Source: a virus
DNA: 64,000 nucleotides
Reading direction: 5' to 3' (one strand)
IMG/VR virus record: IMGVR_UViG_3300012001_000008
Span: 8,924 to 72,923 of that record
Positions 28,748 through 38,101 of the stretch are shown here, piece after piece (the stretch's first letter is position 1; every line of letters begins with the position of its first letter). A program made the position numbers and the translations under genes. A model generated the notes under the pieces. That model made no database searches. It was not told the origin of the DNA and worked only from the letters and a program-made list of their open reading frames with translations.

Positions 28748-28993
28748 CTATTCTTTGTCGTCTTCGCTTACGACATTATCGACAGTTGGGATTTTGCCTG
28801 TCTCTTTCTTCACAATATTCTTGTTAAGAACAGTTGCAGGGATATTTTTCTCTGATTTGTTGCCATTGTTCTTGCGTGGGGCTTGTCGTACCGACTTCTC
28901 CAATAAAAAAGCGTCTAACTGCGCCTGCTCTTCGTTGGTCATTGTGTAATATTGGTTGCTCGATAGCTCTAATAGCTGTTCAATTGTCTTCAT
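28748..28993 (-). CDS. Hypothetical protein
   Basis: 81-aa ORF, AAGGA RBS. Confidence 0.55.
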   Translation of the reverse strand: MKTIEQLLELSSNQYYTMTNEEQAQLDAFLLEKSVRQAPRKNNGNKSEKNIPATVLNKNIVKKETGKIPTVDNVVSEDDKE

Positions 28994-29216
28994 TTTTATT
29001 TCCTTTTAACTGTTGTTCTACTAATAAGTATACATCTTCCTCTGGTTTTTTCAAGTATTCGGCGAGGTCACTAACGGCAATTTTCTTAATTGTATCGAAG
29101 GTTGTCATCGGTATTGGGACATTTGTATCGCGCGAGTTCTCTAGTAGCTGTATAACGACTAGCATCCCCATCATCTGTCCGTGTCCGTAGTCGTCGCTTG
29201 GCTTTGGTATCTGCAT
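28980..29216 (-). CDS. Hypothetical helical protein
   Basis: 78-aa ORF; KPEEDV echoes RPAEDI/KPAEDV of genes at 42045 and 42961. Confidence 0.55.
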   Translation of the reverse strand: MQIPKPSDDYGHGQMMGMLVVIQLLENSRDTNVPIPMTTFDTIKKIAVSDLAEYLKKPEEDVYLLVEQQLKGNKNEDN

Positions 29217-29278
29217 ATATAAGTTTCTCTATTTGTTTTTATTAAACACCTATATAAGTATCTATAAACTTATATAGA

Positions 29279-29485
29279 TTAACGAGTGGGGAAGATTGGG
29301 CAGGTCTTAATCCAGAGTTCTTCGTACTTGTCGCCATTAAGTTCTGCAAGAGTGGCAGCATAGGCAATCATACGGTCAAGGCGCTTTGCCTCATCTGGTT
29401 CATCGAACTTATCCATTACATGATAACGGAAAGCAGTACCTATACGGTACTTGAGGATTGTTACCGAGTCCTCTGATAAATCCAT
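29279..29485 (-). CDS. Hypothetical protein (candidate ART partner)
   Basis: MDLSEDS... start 1 nt after the upstream stop, GGAG RBS. Confidence 0.55.
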   Translation of the reverse strand: MDLSEDSVTILKYRIGTAFRYHVMDKFDEPDEAKRLDRMIAYAATLAELNGDKYEELWIKTCPIFPTR

Positions 29486-29486
29486 C

Positions 29487-29666
29487 TTATGCTCCGACCA
29501 TTGCGATGACCGCTGTAACCGTAGCGTCATCAGTAATGCGTGGGAGACCCACGGCATCTAAGAAGACCTCGCTCTTAGCGACATCAACAAAGTACTTAGT
29601 ACCATTTAGTGTAATCATCAGTAGTGGTTGGTCGTCCACAGTTCCTACCATATATTCTTTAGCCAT
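29487..29666 (-). CDS. 59-aa hypothetical protein (candidate ART immunity)
   Basis: Manual translation MAKEYMVGTVDDQPLL...AVIAMVGA; GGAG RBS; first gene after promoter 29688-29716. Confidence 0.6.
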   Translation of the reverse strand: MAKEYMVGTVDDQPLLMITLNGTKYFVDVAKSEVFLDAVGLPRITDDATVTAVIAMVGA

Positions 29667-29687
29667 TATAAACTCCGTTCAATCTCT

Positions 29688-29716
29688 ATTATGCTCTTTT
29701 TTTACGAAAAACACAA
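29688..29716 (-). promoter_or_regulatory. Early-type promoter TTGTGT-N17-CATAAT
   Basis: Exact motif and spacing. Confidence 0.8.
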
Positions 29717-29719
29717 CCC

Positions 29720-31627
29720 CTAGTGCAGGTCTGCATAGACAATATCACCATCTATGCGGGTTATAGTTAGTGACGAACCGCTAGGCATTAACACCTCTGC
29801 TTCGCCCATAGTGCGTCCACGCTTACCGAATGTAACATAGTCAGGGATAATTGCTTTTTGTCCCTTTTTTGCTGAGATAACGAGCATGGAACCACCCTTA
29901 TACTTGAATGTATCAGCTATCTTCTGGTCGGTTGAGGTGCTTAGGAATGAGCGCGAGTGTATAGTCTCTCCGACATCTGTATTCTGGTGTACTGGAATCT
30001 CTGTACCACGATAGATAGTGGTATCGTTGGCGAGAGTGACATTAGCAGCAGTATCAATGTTCTTGATTGTGTCGCCGTAGGTAGTCTTTGTACCGTAGAC
30101 GTTAAGTGGGTCATCAAGCATATTGGCGCGAGCATGAATGTTAATGGCATCGTACATGTGACCTTGGTAGGCGCGTACTGAGTCAGTAACATCACCTGAG
30201 TGCTGTCCTAGAGAGCCATCGAAGTAAGAAGACTCAACATACTTATTGAAGTCATTAACATTGCCTAGTTTAGATAGGTCAACAGGGATACTCTTGCTTC
30301 CACCCTTCTTCTTAGCGAACTTACCAGTAAGGTCGCGTGGGTGCAGGTCTTCTACGAAGGGTACATCGTTAAGCATCTTGCCATCGTAGGTGTTGAAAAA
30401 GCTTCCGTCCTCGCGTTGGATAAGGAGTTCATAACGGCACTGACAGTTAACGTGAATGTGTCCGCTCTGTAGCTTCTCGTAGGTAGGCTTAATCTTGTAT
30501 GTCTTGCCACCGTCCTTAACAGAGAAAGTCTTGCCGAAAGGGATGAAGTCGTTCTTGAAGGGGATAGGATTAAGCGCAGTTGCGTCGATGATAGCCTGAC
30601 AGATAGCCTCTGGGTGTCCTGTGTTACTTACTAGGCGCTTGTATGCCTTGTCGGTAAGTTGGTTCTGGGCGAGGAACTGCTTGTCTGCATCGAACTGACT
30701 CATAGTGAATACACGGTTAGCTTCGTTGCCAGCAATGACAGTGGCGCGACGCTTACCAATACCAGCGAAGTTCTCTTGGAGGTTTTTGATAACAGCCTGT
30801 CGAGTATCACCCTTAAGGATAAGGTCACGAGCGTAGGCATAGATGTTCTCGTCCTTGTGGACAGCGCGTAGGTACTGCTTCTCGTCTAGTGAGGCGAGTG
30901 CTTCGAACTTGTCTTTAAGAGCAGCCTCAATACTTGGGTTACTTAGCTCGCTATCAATAGCGTCATCGAGTGAGTTCTTAAGGTCTTTGGCAATAGTGTG
31001 TACATGGCTCTTAGCGCCACGCTCTGCTTGTAGCTTCATAGCAGCTTGTCCAGATTTAGTCTGGGCGAAGACGGTGTGTAGACCGAACTGCACGAGTAGG
31101 TGTTGTAGGCGTTGCTTGGCGTAGAGAGGAAGCAAGATAGCCCCGATAGTTAGGAGCGCGAACATAAGCGTATGTGTCTGTTGGCTCTCAACGGCGTTCT
31201 CTAGGATAGCCTCAGCCTCAGCATAGTCGCCATTCTGTACGGCTTGTACATATCGAGCAAGGATTTGGTTATCAACACGCTCAACACTCTGCTTGAACTG
31301 CTCTGTTGCTAGGTCTATCTGGCGTTGCTCGTCAGGAGAGATGTTAGCATTAGCAACGAATGCGCGTGGACCCATACCGAAAGACTGTTCTTCAACAACT
31401 GACGCATCTGGCTCGTTAGCAGGCTCTAAGTCGCCTTCGCTACGGAGTTCCTTAAGAAGCGCCTTGGCCTCCTGAGCCATGGTCTTAATCTTCTTTGCAT
31501 TCTCCTCTGGGGTGACGAGTTGTACCTTTGTCGAGGCAGTAAGAGCAGCCTTAAGAGCAGCGAGTGAAGCAGCGCTAGGATTGGCTGGTGTTGGAGCTTG
31601 CTGTGTAGGAGCATTGCTATTCTGCAT
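29720..31627 (-). CDS. MuF/gp7-like head morphogenesis protein with C-terminal ADP-ribosyltransferase (R-S-E class)
   Basis: RRATVIAGNE, HIHVNCQC MuF motifs; HPRDLTGKF linker; ART motifs YDAIN, IYRG, FLSTS, EAEVL. Confidence 0.85.
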   Translation of the reverse strand: MQNSNAPTQQAPTPANPSAASLAALKAALTASTKVQLVTPEENAKKIKTMAQEAKALLKELRSEGDLEPANEPDASVVEEQSFGMGPRAFVANANISPDEQRQIDLATEQFKQSVERVDNQILARYVQAVQNGDYAEAEAILENAVESQQTHTLMFALLTIGAILLPLYAKQRLQHLLVQFGLHTVFAQTKSGQAAMKLQAERGAKSHVHTIAKDLKNSLDDAIDSELSNPSIEAALKDKFEALASLDEKQYLRAVHKDENIYAYARDLILKGDTRQAVIKNLQENFAGIGKRRATVIAGNEANRVFTMSQFDADKQFLAQNQLTDKAYKRLVSNTGHPEAICQAIIDATALNPIPFKNDFIPFGKTFSVKDGGKTYKIKPTYEKLQSGHIHVNCQCRYELLIQREDGSFFNTYDGKMLNDVPFVEDLHPRDLTGKFAKKKGGSKSIPVDLSKLGNVNDFNKYVESSYFDGSLGQHSGDVTDSVRAYQGHMYDAINIHARANMLDDPLNVYGTKTTYGDTIKNIDTAANVTLANDTTIYRGTEIPVHQNTDVGETIHSRSFLSTSTDQKIADTFKYKGGSMLVISAKKGQKAIIPDYVTFGKRGRTMGEAEVLMPSGSSLTITRIDGDIVYADLH

Positions 31628-31628
31628 A

Positions 31629-33026
31629 TTAGCTTACCTGTGGTGTTAAGTCTGGCTGTCCACCTGGGTTAACTGGTGGTTGAGGTTGGGTTATCTGGGC
31701 GATTTCCTCTGGTGTTGCACCAGCTGCATAGAGAGCAGCAACAAGGGCATCTTCATCAGATATACCAGGTTGTAGGGTTGGAGAACCAAGAGCAGCCAAG
31801 TCAATCTCACCAGTAACGAACTGGGTGGCAATCTCTTCTTCGTAGCCAGCAGCGATAAGTGTTTGGCGGAAGGCAAGTTGACCTTGGTTTACTTGAATCT
31901 CAAGGAGTGTGTTAGCGAAGTCGCTAGAGAGAGGGTTGTTTAGGGCAATCTCGTAGCCAGTAGACACAAAGTCCTCTGGGTAGTAGCGCTTGTAGTCCAT
32001 GTTCAATGCACCAATCATCTTCTTGACCATAGGCATAACGGCATTCTCCGTGAAGTCGTCCTTCTGTACGGATGCTGTCTCGCGTCCTGTACCGCTTTGG
32101 TCTAGACCGAGTTGGTTCTTAGATGTACCACCAACAGAGATAAGTTGGTCGCGGTTATCAGAGTTAACAGTAGTAAGAGCAGACTTGTTTAGGTCAATGC
32201 TTGTGTCTTGGTAAGAGATAGCAGATGGACCGTTACCGAAGAGTGGCTCACCAGGAGCGTGGTTCTTAACGCGCTCTTTGAAGTTCTCGAACTCGTAGTC
32301 TTCCATGATGATGTCTGATGTGATGAGTCCAGGAGCGTTGATGTTGTTACGGATACTCTTACGAGAGTAGTCAGCAGCCTGCTTAAGGACGAACTGTGCG
32401 TCGCTAGCAGCATCACCTAGTGAGAAGGACTTCTTACGGTCTACTGGGTTCTTCTTGATAACCTCAATAATCATCTCTTTAGGGATTTCACGCTGTAGTC
32501 CATCACGGCTCTCAACATAACCACCTAGCTCGCCTTCTTGGTTGAAGACACGCTTAACTTGGTATGGGTTAAGGAACTCGAAGTTCTGTATGTTGCCTAC
32601 CTTTGTGTAGCCATTCTTGAGCTTCTGGTTGGTGACGGTACGGACTGCCATGACGTAGAATACGCCTTCCAAGTCCATGTAACGAGAGTACTCATACCAA
32701 AAATCCTCAGCCGTGAAGTCGAGGGAGTCATTAATAAGTTTTAGGTAAGGGTGTTCGCTTGATGTACCATCTTTCTTGGTACTCTTTGTGTAGGTGTATT
32801 CTGTGCCGAGGATAACAGCACGATTGGCGCGACGCTCGATGATAGCATAGCCGTAGCCTGTATACATATCCTCGTCAGTAAGGACGGGGTCATCAATGTT
32901 GAGTGTCATCTTAGGGCGTGAGCCGTAGCGGAGGAACTCGTTGCCGATTGTTGAGTTGTTCGTCTTGTCGATACTTGGCGCATTAAAGGCTCTGACCGCA
33001 TTTCGAACTCTTTGGAGTGGGTTCAT
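31629..33026 (-). CDS. Portal protein
   Basis: HPYLKLI, DLEGVFYV, LNPYQV, IPKEMII; follows terminase. Confidence 0.85.
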   Translation of the reverse strand: MNPLQRVRNAVRAFNAPSIDKTNNSTIGNEFLRYGSRPKMTLNIDDPVLTDEDMYTGYGYAIIERRANRAVILGTEYTYTKSTKKDGTSSEHPYLKLINDSLDFTAEDFWYEYSRYMDLEGVFYVMAVRTVTNQKLKNGYTKVGNIQNFEFLNPYQVKRVFNQEGELGGYVESRDGLQREIPKEMIIEVIKKNPVDRKKSFSLGDAASDAQFVLKQAADYSRKSIRNNINAPGLITSDIIMEDYEFENFKERVKNHAPGEPLFGNGPSAISYQDTSIDLNKSALTTVNSDNRDQLISVGGTSKNQLGLDQSGTGRETASVQKDDFTENAVMPMVKKMIGALNMDYKRYYPEDFVSTGYEIALNNPLSSDFANTLLEIQVNQGQLAFRQTLIAAGYEEEIATQFVTGEIDLAALGSPTLQPGISDEDALVAALYAAGATPEEIAQITQPQPPVNPGGQPDLTPQVS

Positions 33027-33102
33027 ATATGTTTTTTGTCTCTGTTTATTACTCTATACGCTACGGTATTGTTGTCTATAGTTTATTATACAGCATAGCT
33101 CG

Positions 33103-34518
33103 CTAGAAGCCAAGCCTATTCATGTTATGCTTATCGTCCTTAATCTTGCCGTGGAACTTGCTGTGCATACGGACAGCAATACTGAATGAGTCAGCGAAGT
33201 CGGGTGAGCGTCCGAGGACTTCTTTTATCTTGTCCTTCTTGGTGACCTTCTCTACACCATCCACCATATCGGTGTCATGGGCAGATAGTTCTCGCCATAG
33301 CTCATCATCATGTCCTCTATAGGACTCTCTCTGTAGGACTTGGACTTCCCCTTCGTCTAATGCTCTACGCATATTGAGCATCGTTTCATTGCGCGACTTG
33401 CCTGTAGCGGTGTATTCGTCTATGTGCCAACCGAGTATCTTCATACTGTCACGCATAGCAGTACCAACGCCGTTTACCTCTAGGCTTATCTGTCGTGCTT
33501 GTCCCTTAGTGAATCCCTTGCTCTCGGCGAAGGCAATTAACTGCTGGGCGAATAGGTATCCTGTTGGGCGCGAGTCTATCTCGCTATTCTGACCATAGGT
33601 GCGTTCAGGAATCTTGAGTTCCTTCTGCTCTGTGAGAACGCCATACTCAATAAGACTGACTACGGTAGCGTCGCCACCATTATCGCTTACGTCCACGCCG
33701 ATGACCTTGTCTAGCTTATAGCGTGAGTCTTTAGGAATGACGTTGCCCTGCTCGTCTCGCTCTGGCTCTGGTAGCTTGAAGATGCTTGCCTTCTCCCACA
33801 GGTAGCCAGTAATGAGGGCGCGGTCTTCATCGAGATAGTTCCAGTTATTGTAGAGGTAGCGTTGCGCCCACCACTTTGGCTTGCTCTTTATAAGGGAGTT
33901 AATGTCTTGGTCGGTCTGCCAAGAGTCCTCTAGGGTGAACTCTATGACCATAACATTGCTAGGTAGTTCGTTCTTCTTCCACTTGTCGTAGTAACGGCTC
34001 TTTGTCCAACCGTTATTAGGGTTCATTGTGTGGATGTTAATGCTTGGCTGTCCCTGTTGGTTAGCACGACCTTTACGACTCATAATCATGTCTACTGCAT
34101 CTTCGATTAGCTCGTTGCTTTCCTCTAGTTGGTTAGCGGTAATGTCGAGTCCCTTAATCTTGTTCTGGTCGCGGTCGGTAGAGCTATCTGCTTGGGCGAA
34201 GGTGATAATGCTCTTATTGGGGAACTCAATCAAGAGTGAGCCTTCATTAAGGCGATAGTGGTCTTCCTCAATCATGTTCATATCGGCGAGCATCTTCTTG
34301 TATGTACGCCAGATAGTCTTACGCGCAGTGTTGAAGTTCTTGCGCCAGACAAACATCTGCGAGTAGGGGAACTCGTTAGCTATAGAGATGAAGACATGGG
34401 CAGCGAGAGCAGACTTACCCACACCAGTTGGACCAATAAGAATCAACTCGTCAATATCTGGACGGTTGTTAAGGATGTCGATGACCTCTTGTTGCTTAGG
34501 CTTAAGCTGTAGAGCCAT
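33103..34518 (-). CDS. terL: Terminase large subunit
   Basis: Walker A GPTGVGKS, Walker B-like QLEES, TMNP, nuclease GVDV...SPDFADS. Confidence 0.9.
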   Translation of the reverse strand: MALQLKPKQQEVIDILNNRPDIDELILIGPTGVGKSALAAHVFISIANEFPYSQMFVWRKNFNTARKTIWRTYKKMLADMNMIEEDHYRLNEGSLLIEFPNKSIITFAQADSSTDRDQNKIKGLDITANQLEESNELIEDAVDMIMSRKGRANQQGQPSINIHTMNPNNGWTKSRYYDKWKKNELPSNVMVIEFTLEDSWQTDQDINSLIKSKPKWWAQRYLYNNWNYLDEDRALITGYLWEKASIFKLPEPERDEQGNVIPKDSRYKLDKVIGVDVSDNGGDATVVSLIEYGVLTEQKELKIPERTYGQNSEIDSRPTGYLFAQQLIAFAESKGFTKGQARQISLEVNGVGTAMRDSMKILGWHIDEYTATGKSRNETMLNMRRALDEGEVQVLQRESYRGHDDELWRELSAHDTDMVDGVEKVTKKDKIKEVLGRSPDFADSFSIAVRMHSKFHGKIKDDKHNMNRLGF

Positions 34519-34939
34519 CTTCGATTGCCTTTGGTTCGACTATCTCAGCATCAATAAGATTGCGAGGTTTAATCTGTGAGATGACAATTGGCTCCATCTT
34601 GATAGTCTCGCCATTGCTAGTAATATCAATCTTGTCACCGAAGCCTGTCTTGCGTAGCCACTCAGCAGAGAAGTGCGAGCCACCCATAGCTTTAAGTACC
34701 TGAGCGATAGTAACCGCTTGCATAAGGGTCTTAGTGCCAGTAGGCTCTAGCCATAATGGTTTGTTCTTTAAGTTCTCGGTAAGCTTATTGAATAGTTCTT
34801 CGTCGTTAAGAAGTTCCTGTACGACAGAAGACCAGTTCTTGCTTCCTTTCGGGCGACCACCTAGCTTGCCTGCTTCGCTTGGGTCTAATAGGTTGCCTAA
34901 TTGCTTTGCAGCTTTCTCTGGGTCTTGTGATATTGGCAT
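34502..34939 (-). CDS. terS: Terminase small subunit
   Basis: GGRPKGSKN, KIDITSNGE; overlaps terL start. Confidence 0.7.
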   Translation of the reverse strand: MPISQDPEKAAKQLGNLLDPSEAGKLGGRPKGSKNWSSVVQELLNDEELFNKLTENLKNKPLWLEPTGTKTLMQAVTIAQVLKAMGGSHFSAEWLRKTGFGDKIDITSNGETIKMEPIVISQIKPRNLIDAEIVEPKAIEDGSTA

Positions 34940-35162
34940 TTTTGTACGCTCTCTGTGTATATTTAACCGTATTATTCGGCTTTATTTGGGTTATAACCCT
35001 ATTATACAACAAAGAGCTAAATGACGTTGTTGCTACTTAGCTCGGTAAACTTATCTTTCACCCACTGAGGGATACTATTGCCTGGTACTAGTCTACCCAA
35101 ATAGAACCACCTATAAGAATGGTTACGCCAGTTCAGCCGTCGCCATAGCCAATATGTGTCAC

Positions 35163-35396
35163 TCACTCGCTATATCTAGCCCCAGAGATTGGTAGAATCG
35201 GAAGTTGTGTAAAAGTCGTGTCACACATACCACAGGTACACATAGCATACATTCCAGGATTATCGCGCACCCGTCTAAGCATGTTCTTTCTTATCTCAGA
35301 ATGTATGCGTTCGTGTACCTTGTCTTGCTCTATCTCTTTTAGAACCTCTTTTACCTGTTCCTTAGACTCTTTTGTTATCATTCTTCTTATCCTCAT
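35163..35396 (-). CDS. Hypothetical protein
   Basis: ORF in a tightly packed minus-strand run; start uncertain. Confidence 0.45.
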   Translation of the reverse strand: MRIRRMITKESKEQVKEVLKEIEQDKVHERIHSEIRKNMLRRVRDNPGMYAMCTCGMCDTTFTQLPILPISGARYSE

Positions 35397-35682
35397 AGTA
35401 AGTCATGTATTTGTTCCTGTCTGTTACCCATAGTATCTCTCTTTCGAGACTGGTAATGTTTTCTTTTAGGGCGCGAATCATATGTCGGGCGAACTTAATA
35501 GCTTCTTGGGATGGTAACTCTACTAGCCTCTCACCGCGTTGCATAATAGCGAGGGTGTCTTCTGTCTCGGCATCATCACCTACGAGCGATATGGTCTTGT
35601 GGTAAATACGTTCTTTGGGCGACACTGGTGGAATATCCATCGGGGTGAAGAAGTCTGTAGTGCCGTCGTCGAACTTAACCAT
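35362..35682 (-). CDS. Hypothetical protein
   Basis: 106-aa ORF. Confidence 0.55.
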   Translation of the reverse strand: MVKFDDGTTDFFTPMDIPPVSPKERIYHKTISLVGDDAETEDTLAIMQRGERLVELPSQEAIKFARHMIRALKENITSLEREILWVTDRNKYMTYYEDKKNDNKRV

Positions 35683-35683
35683 A

Positions 35684-35992
35684 CTACTTCCCTGTACAGC
35701 TATTGACTACTGGGGTAGTTATTGGTTCGGGCGACGCTGTAGGAACCCATGGCGTTGTATCTACTGGAATATCACAGGTTTCTGTTCCACCCTTCATACA
35801 CTGTGGGTTAGCTGGGTCTGTGTTATCACAGCCATCTACTGGGTTAGATAGTCTATTAGGATATTGGCAGGTGCTATGGTCGAATGTTGTTTCTGTGGGC
35901 GCGACAGTCGCAGCTGTTGCGGGACGAGTAGCGCCATACACCCAACCGCTTAGAGCGACAACAAGTAATAGTACAAGAGTTAGTTTTTTCAT
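35684..35992 (-). CDS. Secreted/membrane Cys- and Thr/Pro-rich protein
   Basis: MKK plus hydrophobic signal; CQYP...GCDNTDP...C; AAGGAGG RBS. Confidence 0.65.
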   Translation of the reverse strand: MKKLTLVLLLVVALSGWVYGATRPATAATVAPTETTFDHSTCQYPNRLSNPVDGCDNTDPANPQCMKGGTETCDIPVDTTPWVPTASPEPITTPVVNSCTGK

Positions 35993-36237
35993 TTCTTAAC
36001 CTCCTTAAATATATATTCATTATACCCCTGTGCGCCAGAACCAACCAGCGGTAGACTATCTATGTACTGCTGGTAGTGTTCCTTACATAGGTCAAGCTTC
36101 TCTCCTGAGAGATATGGAGTTGTGGCGCGACCCTCTGTCTGTTCTGTGGTGAAGCGGACTGATAGCGTCTTCTGCTTATGGTCTGCTTCTTTCGAGCAAC
36201 CCTTTATGTCGCATAGTGTTTGAGTTATAGTACTCAT
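35989..36237 (-). CDS. Small zinc-binding protein
   Basis: CDIKGC...DLCKEH. Confidence 0.6.
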   Translation of the reverse strand: MSTITQTLCDIKGCSKEADHKQKTLSVRFTTEQTEGRATTPYLSGEKLDLCKEHYQQYIDSLPLVGSGAQGYNEYIFKEVKK

Positions 36238-36458
36238 GCGAATAATGCCTCATTGAGTGCTTCTTTGGTTGGGTACTTTTTTAGTAGGTTTTCTACTGTG
36301 GCGAAACGTGTCTTCACTTCTGAATCTAGTCGGAAGTCGTGACTGTTATCTGCTATCTTCCTATCCATTTCTGATTTAGTTTCTGCCGTTATAAAGTTGT
36401 AGTAGCCTGAACCGTGGAAGTCTGGATAGTTCGTTACCATCTTTGCTATATGAATCAT
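36234..36458 (-). CDS. Hypothetical protein
   Basis: MIHIAKM... start in a TAATG overlap; fused to the upstream gene in the ORF track by an indel. Confidence 0.55.
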   Translation of the reverse strand: MIHIAKMVTNYPDFHGSGYYNFITAETKSEMDRKIADNSHDFRLDSEVKTRFATVENLLKKYPTKEALNEALFA

Positions 36459-36794
36459 TATGCGTACACCTGCTTTCCGAATAGTGCGTACTGAATTACT
36501 GCATCGCCATTCAAGACTGTCATAGTCATCAAAGTCGTGCTTATCCATGAGCTTTAATCCCTTAAGGAACTTAGTGAGCGTTAACTGATGCCACTTCGAG
36601 TCCTCGGCATCCCAAATACGGATACGGTAACCATTAGTGAGCGCATCAGATGTCCACATACCATCATCTGCTTTTTTCAAACCGATGATGTCTGCCTCTC
36701 CTGCCCAGTAGCTAATACCGTTTAATGCAGACGACATAATGTCATTGATATTCTCATCAGTGACGACAATCTTCTTTTCGATAATCCTACTCAC
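36458..36794 (-). pseudogene. Conserved-looking phage protein with 1-nt insertion near 36510
   Basis: Removing one A gives ...DYDSLDGDAVIQYALFGKQVYA* ending at TAATG; GISYW motif upstream. Confidence 0.6.
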
Positions 36795-36924
36795 TTAATA
36801 GTCCTTCCGTAGAAATGACTTGCCAAATCTCACCCCAGTTAAATGCAACGATTGCCACAAGGACGATAGCGAGCGCTATACAGATTCCTAATGCGAGAGT
36901 TGTGCCGTTATAGTCTTCGTTCAT
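36787..36924 (-). CDS. 45-aa single-TM protein
   Basis: Manual translation MNEDYNGTTLALGICIALAIVLVAIVAFNW...; AAGAAAGGCT RBS. Confidence 0.6.
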   Translation of the reverse strand: MNEDYNGTTLALGICIALAIVLVAIVAFNWGEIWQVISTEGLLSE

Positions 36925-36959
36925 TTGTTTAAAGCCTTTCTTACTGTCTTTATATTTTA

Positions 36960-36988
36960 ATTATGCTCTTATTCGGCGAAAAACACAA
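36960..36988 (-). promoter_or_regulatory. Early-type promoter TTGTGT-N17-CATAAT
   Basis: Exact motif and spacing. Confidence 0.8.
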
Positions 36989-36999
36989 GCCCTTTTATC

Positions 37000-37029
37000 A
37001 AAGAAAATAGACGCCATTATAGCGCCTAT
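37000..37029 (-). terminator. Intrinsic terminator of the large ncRNA
   Basis: Minus strand ATAGGCGCT-loop-GGCGTCTAT followed by TTTCTTT. Confidence 0.7.
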
Positions 37030-37560
37030 CTTTCACATCCCCTTTGAACTCAATCCCACATTAAGCGCACAATTCTGGTAAGTAGCTCGTTTGTCGTGCA
37101 GGGGCTACTTTAGGATTGAGGTGGCGACCCTTCGCTGTTTCGCGTATCGTGACTCATTTGATACTTACCAGAACTATGTGTTTAATTATTAAATGCACAC
37201 ACGGGGGGACGTTTTCACCAATGACCGTTTTAGATGGACAGTCCACGGTTTCAGAAGGACTTATACAACGGAGCTACCGTCTTGTAACCTCATATCCGCC
37301 GTGTGGCGTAAGTAGCTACCTCCCCCTCTGTGTGCATTTATTCAATAAGTGACAATCCAGCAAGCACGTCCGTAGACACATGTATCCTACGGCGTACTCG
37401 TGTGTACATCACAGGGGGTATTCTTCGCGTTGCAGGGTTAGTGGTTCCGCTCCCCCATCTGGGCTATGACTATTTTCCGATTGCCGTCCCTCACTCTTGC
37501 AAGAGCTTCTCGGTTCGACCTGCTTACCAGATTATCACTTATTTGTCTGTTAATGTTCTA
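37003..37560 (-). ncRNA. Large structured non-coding RNA of unknown family (~555 nt)
   Basis: Own promoter and terminator, no minus-strand ORF of 60 aa or more, three long-range helices (37061-84/37162-85, 37190-209/37321-40, 37344-66/37521-43). Confidence 0.75.
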
Positions 37561-37566
37561 TAGTTA

Positions 37567-37595
37567 ATTATGCTCTTTTATGTGCGAAAACACAA
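37567..37595 (-). promoter_or_regulatory. Early-type promoter driving the large ncRNA
   Basis: TTGTGT-N17-CATAAT. Confidence 0.8.
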
Positions 37596-37599
37596 GCGT

Positions 37600-37842
37600 T
37601 TAATCACGCAATTTTTCAGCAATTTTTGTGTCCACGAAGTAGCCACCCTTTGGGTCAGGAGTGACACCACGAGCATACTCTCGCTCACCACCTGTCATGC
37701 TACAGAACGGACACTTATGCTGGTAATAAAGGACATACTCATTATTACCATCTGCCATTAGCGCCCTCGGTAGTCGTGTCTCTGGACCAAGAACTCTACA
37801 GTTATGGTAGTAAACTGGTGTTGCTTCTGATGTCTGGGTCAT
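37600..37842 (-). CDS. Small Cys/His-containing hypothetical protein
   Basis: 80 aa, HNC...HKCPFC; TAATG coupling. Confidence 0.55.
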   Translation of the reverse strand: MTQTSEATPVYYHNCRVLGPETRLPRALMADGNNEYVLYYQHKCPFCSMTGGEREYARGVTPDPKGGYFVDTKIAEKLRD

Positions 37843-38099
37843 TATATCTCCTCCATTGTGTCTACATCTATTTCGTGCATTTCTATTTGGCGCGGCATAT
37901 TCCAGTCGGCGAATGCCGTATCAACAAGATAGTGCTTATCTGTGTTGGGCTGTCCCTCATTAAAGGCATAGAGTGGACCTTCTTTTTTGAAGTAATAACC
38001 CTCTCGTACACGACGCTTACCCGTGAATCGGTCGGGTGTTGGGTCTATGTCTAACGCCTTATAGCGCTTAGGCTCATATCCGAGTATTTTAGGGGGCAT
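37842..38099 (-). CDS. Hypothetical protein
   Basis: 85 aa, ADWNMPR, AAGAAAGGCT RBS. Confidence 0.6.
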   Translation of the reverse strand: MPPKILGYEPKRYKALDIDPTPDRFTGKRRVREGYYFKKEGPLYAFNEGQPNTDKHYLVDTAFADWNMPRQIEMHEIDVDTMEEI

Positions 38100-38101
38100 T
38101 A

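Noticed and set aside
2992-34579. Many short plus-strand ORFs in the late region
   Set aside because: Antisense shadows of long minus-strand genes with no motifs
37505-37530. GGTTCGAC...ACCA on the plus strand as a tRNA 3' end
   Set aside because: No T-stem or acceptor pairing; the segment belongs to a helix of the minus-strand RNA
37116-37563. Plus-strand ORFs 37116..37352 and 37330..37563
   Set aside because: Non-ATG starts, no RBS, antisense to a promoter-terminator unit
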